Positions 62,906 through 64,000 of a stretch of DNA of 64,000 bases are shown here, in pieces. The stretch comes from Isurus oxyrinchus. Its lineage: Eukaryota. How positions within the stretch are numbered: position 1 is the first letter of the stretch; each line of letters begins with the position of its first letter. The translations under genes were made by a program, and so were the position numbers. The notes under the pieces are model-generated. The model was given only the letters and a program-made list of their open reading frames with translations. It was not told the DNA's origin and did not search any database. The stretch is from positions 98,084,001-98,148,000 of the forward strand of contig JANJGN010000021.1 of assembly GCA_026770705.1 (NCBI GenBank), given 5' to 3'.

Positions 62906-63339
62906 AGTAGGCGTGGAGCTGGTACGGGAAGTTACACAAGAGGATAGGCAAACTTGCACAGGGCAGTCGCAGGTTTCACTCGGGGGGTGGGAGGGGGTGG
63001 GGGCGGTGGCAATCTGGGTGATTCACAGATATTACAAGGAGAATTTTGCGCTCCACCGCCGGCATGTTTGTGGGACAGGACGGTTCGGGTTGGGGGAGTG
63101 TAAAAGTCCTCTGAAGGGGTATCCACCCCAACCTCTGCAATTTTACGCTGGGCTGGCCAATCATATTGGCCGGCAGCTCTCAAATGCGGGACCCTCTCCC
63201 AAATGAGGGGCGGAAGTTTCTCCCCCAGCCAATTAACGCTCGTTAAATCGTGAAATCGCTGCGAGGCAGTCAGTGTCGGCGGGGTACCCATCCTGGAATG
63301 GAAATCCCGCCAGTGCAAAAATCCTGGGCTTAATTTCTT

Positions 63340-64000
63340 ATTTCGAAGTGAGCGACATCACACATTCCCTCATTATAGTCCATCCGCTACCATGTTGCCT
63401 ACTTACTTTTCCTATAGTTATGTATTCTGCTCACAGCATACTTTTTCACCCATCTTTCTATGCTCAGCAAAGATTGATGTATTAATCGAGGTCTCTTCAT
63501 TTAAGTTAATTCCGATTCTCAATAGTTGTGGCCTCAGCGCTGAACCTTGCAGCATTCCATCTGTTACAGGCTCCCAAACTCGAATTCTCCAGGTTATCTC
63601 TACTCTCTGATTCCTATCGAGCATTCTTCCTCCTTTTACTATGATACATTACCCCCTAACACGATGAACCCTTGCTTTGTGTGTTAAGATTTTGTGGGAT
63701 ACCTTATTGTATGACTTTTTAAAAAATCCAAGCATGCTACATAGATTGGCTTTCCGTTATTTTCCTTATTGATTATTGCTCAAAACCTCTAATAATTACT
63801 CTTCAAACATCATTTATCTTTCATGTTGACCGTTTTTGTTAATACTTTGACTTTCTAAATGCATTGCGAATTCTTCTTTAGTAATATGTTACGGGTTTTA
63901 CTCAAAGATTATCGTCAGGCTAACTGGTCTGGAACTCCCTCCATCCCACACTCCTCCCCTTCCTCCACTAATGGTGTCATATTTGTTAATTTCCAATCTG
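63340..64000 (-). mobile_element. Degenerate CR1 RT fragment
   Basis: VTDGMLQGSALRPQL, ACLDF.KSH and RPVSLT. Confidence 0.75.

Noticed and set aside
62982-63010. G-quadruplex-capable G-runs (also minus strand 22130-22210)
   Set aside because: They lie within repeat-like GC-rich sequence and nothing links them to a function.
1-64000. CRISPR array, prokaryotic operon or endogenous non-retroviral virus
   Set aside because: No regularly spaced repeats, no dense coding and no viral hallmark motifs were seen. The content is vertebrate repeats and GPCR pseudogenes.

Overview
This is vertebrate genomic DNA from a cartilaginous fish (shark or ray), inferred from HE1 SINEs, HER1 LINEs and Penelope-like elements of the elasmobranch type. 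Most of the window is decayed, nested transposons: a Gmr1-type Gypsy LTR element, Penelope-like elements with hammerhead motifs, CR1/HER1 and RTE LINEs, Harbinger, and probable hAT, Crypton and Ginger2-like fossils. The only host-gene material is a cluster of three paralogous GPR139-like class A GPCR loci: A (minus, exon 1 16739-16808, exon 2 14609-15502), B (minus, exon 2 22357-23287, exon 1 not found) and C (plus, exon 1 41941-42010, exon 2 45094-45987). All three carry disabling lesions, although C keeps an 819-nt open frame. The most striking structures are (i) a perfect 105-bp-arm palindrome of a Penelope hammerhead-ribozyme tail with a 14-bp target duplication at 29908-30181, (ii) the same AG-to-AA splice-acceptor change in GPCR copies A and C, and (iii) a probable intron-containing Crypton recombinase fossil abutting the copy A promoter. 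All assignments come from reading and translating by eye. No database searches were run, and repeat boundaries are approximate unless stated exactly.
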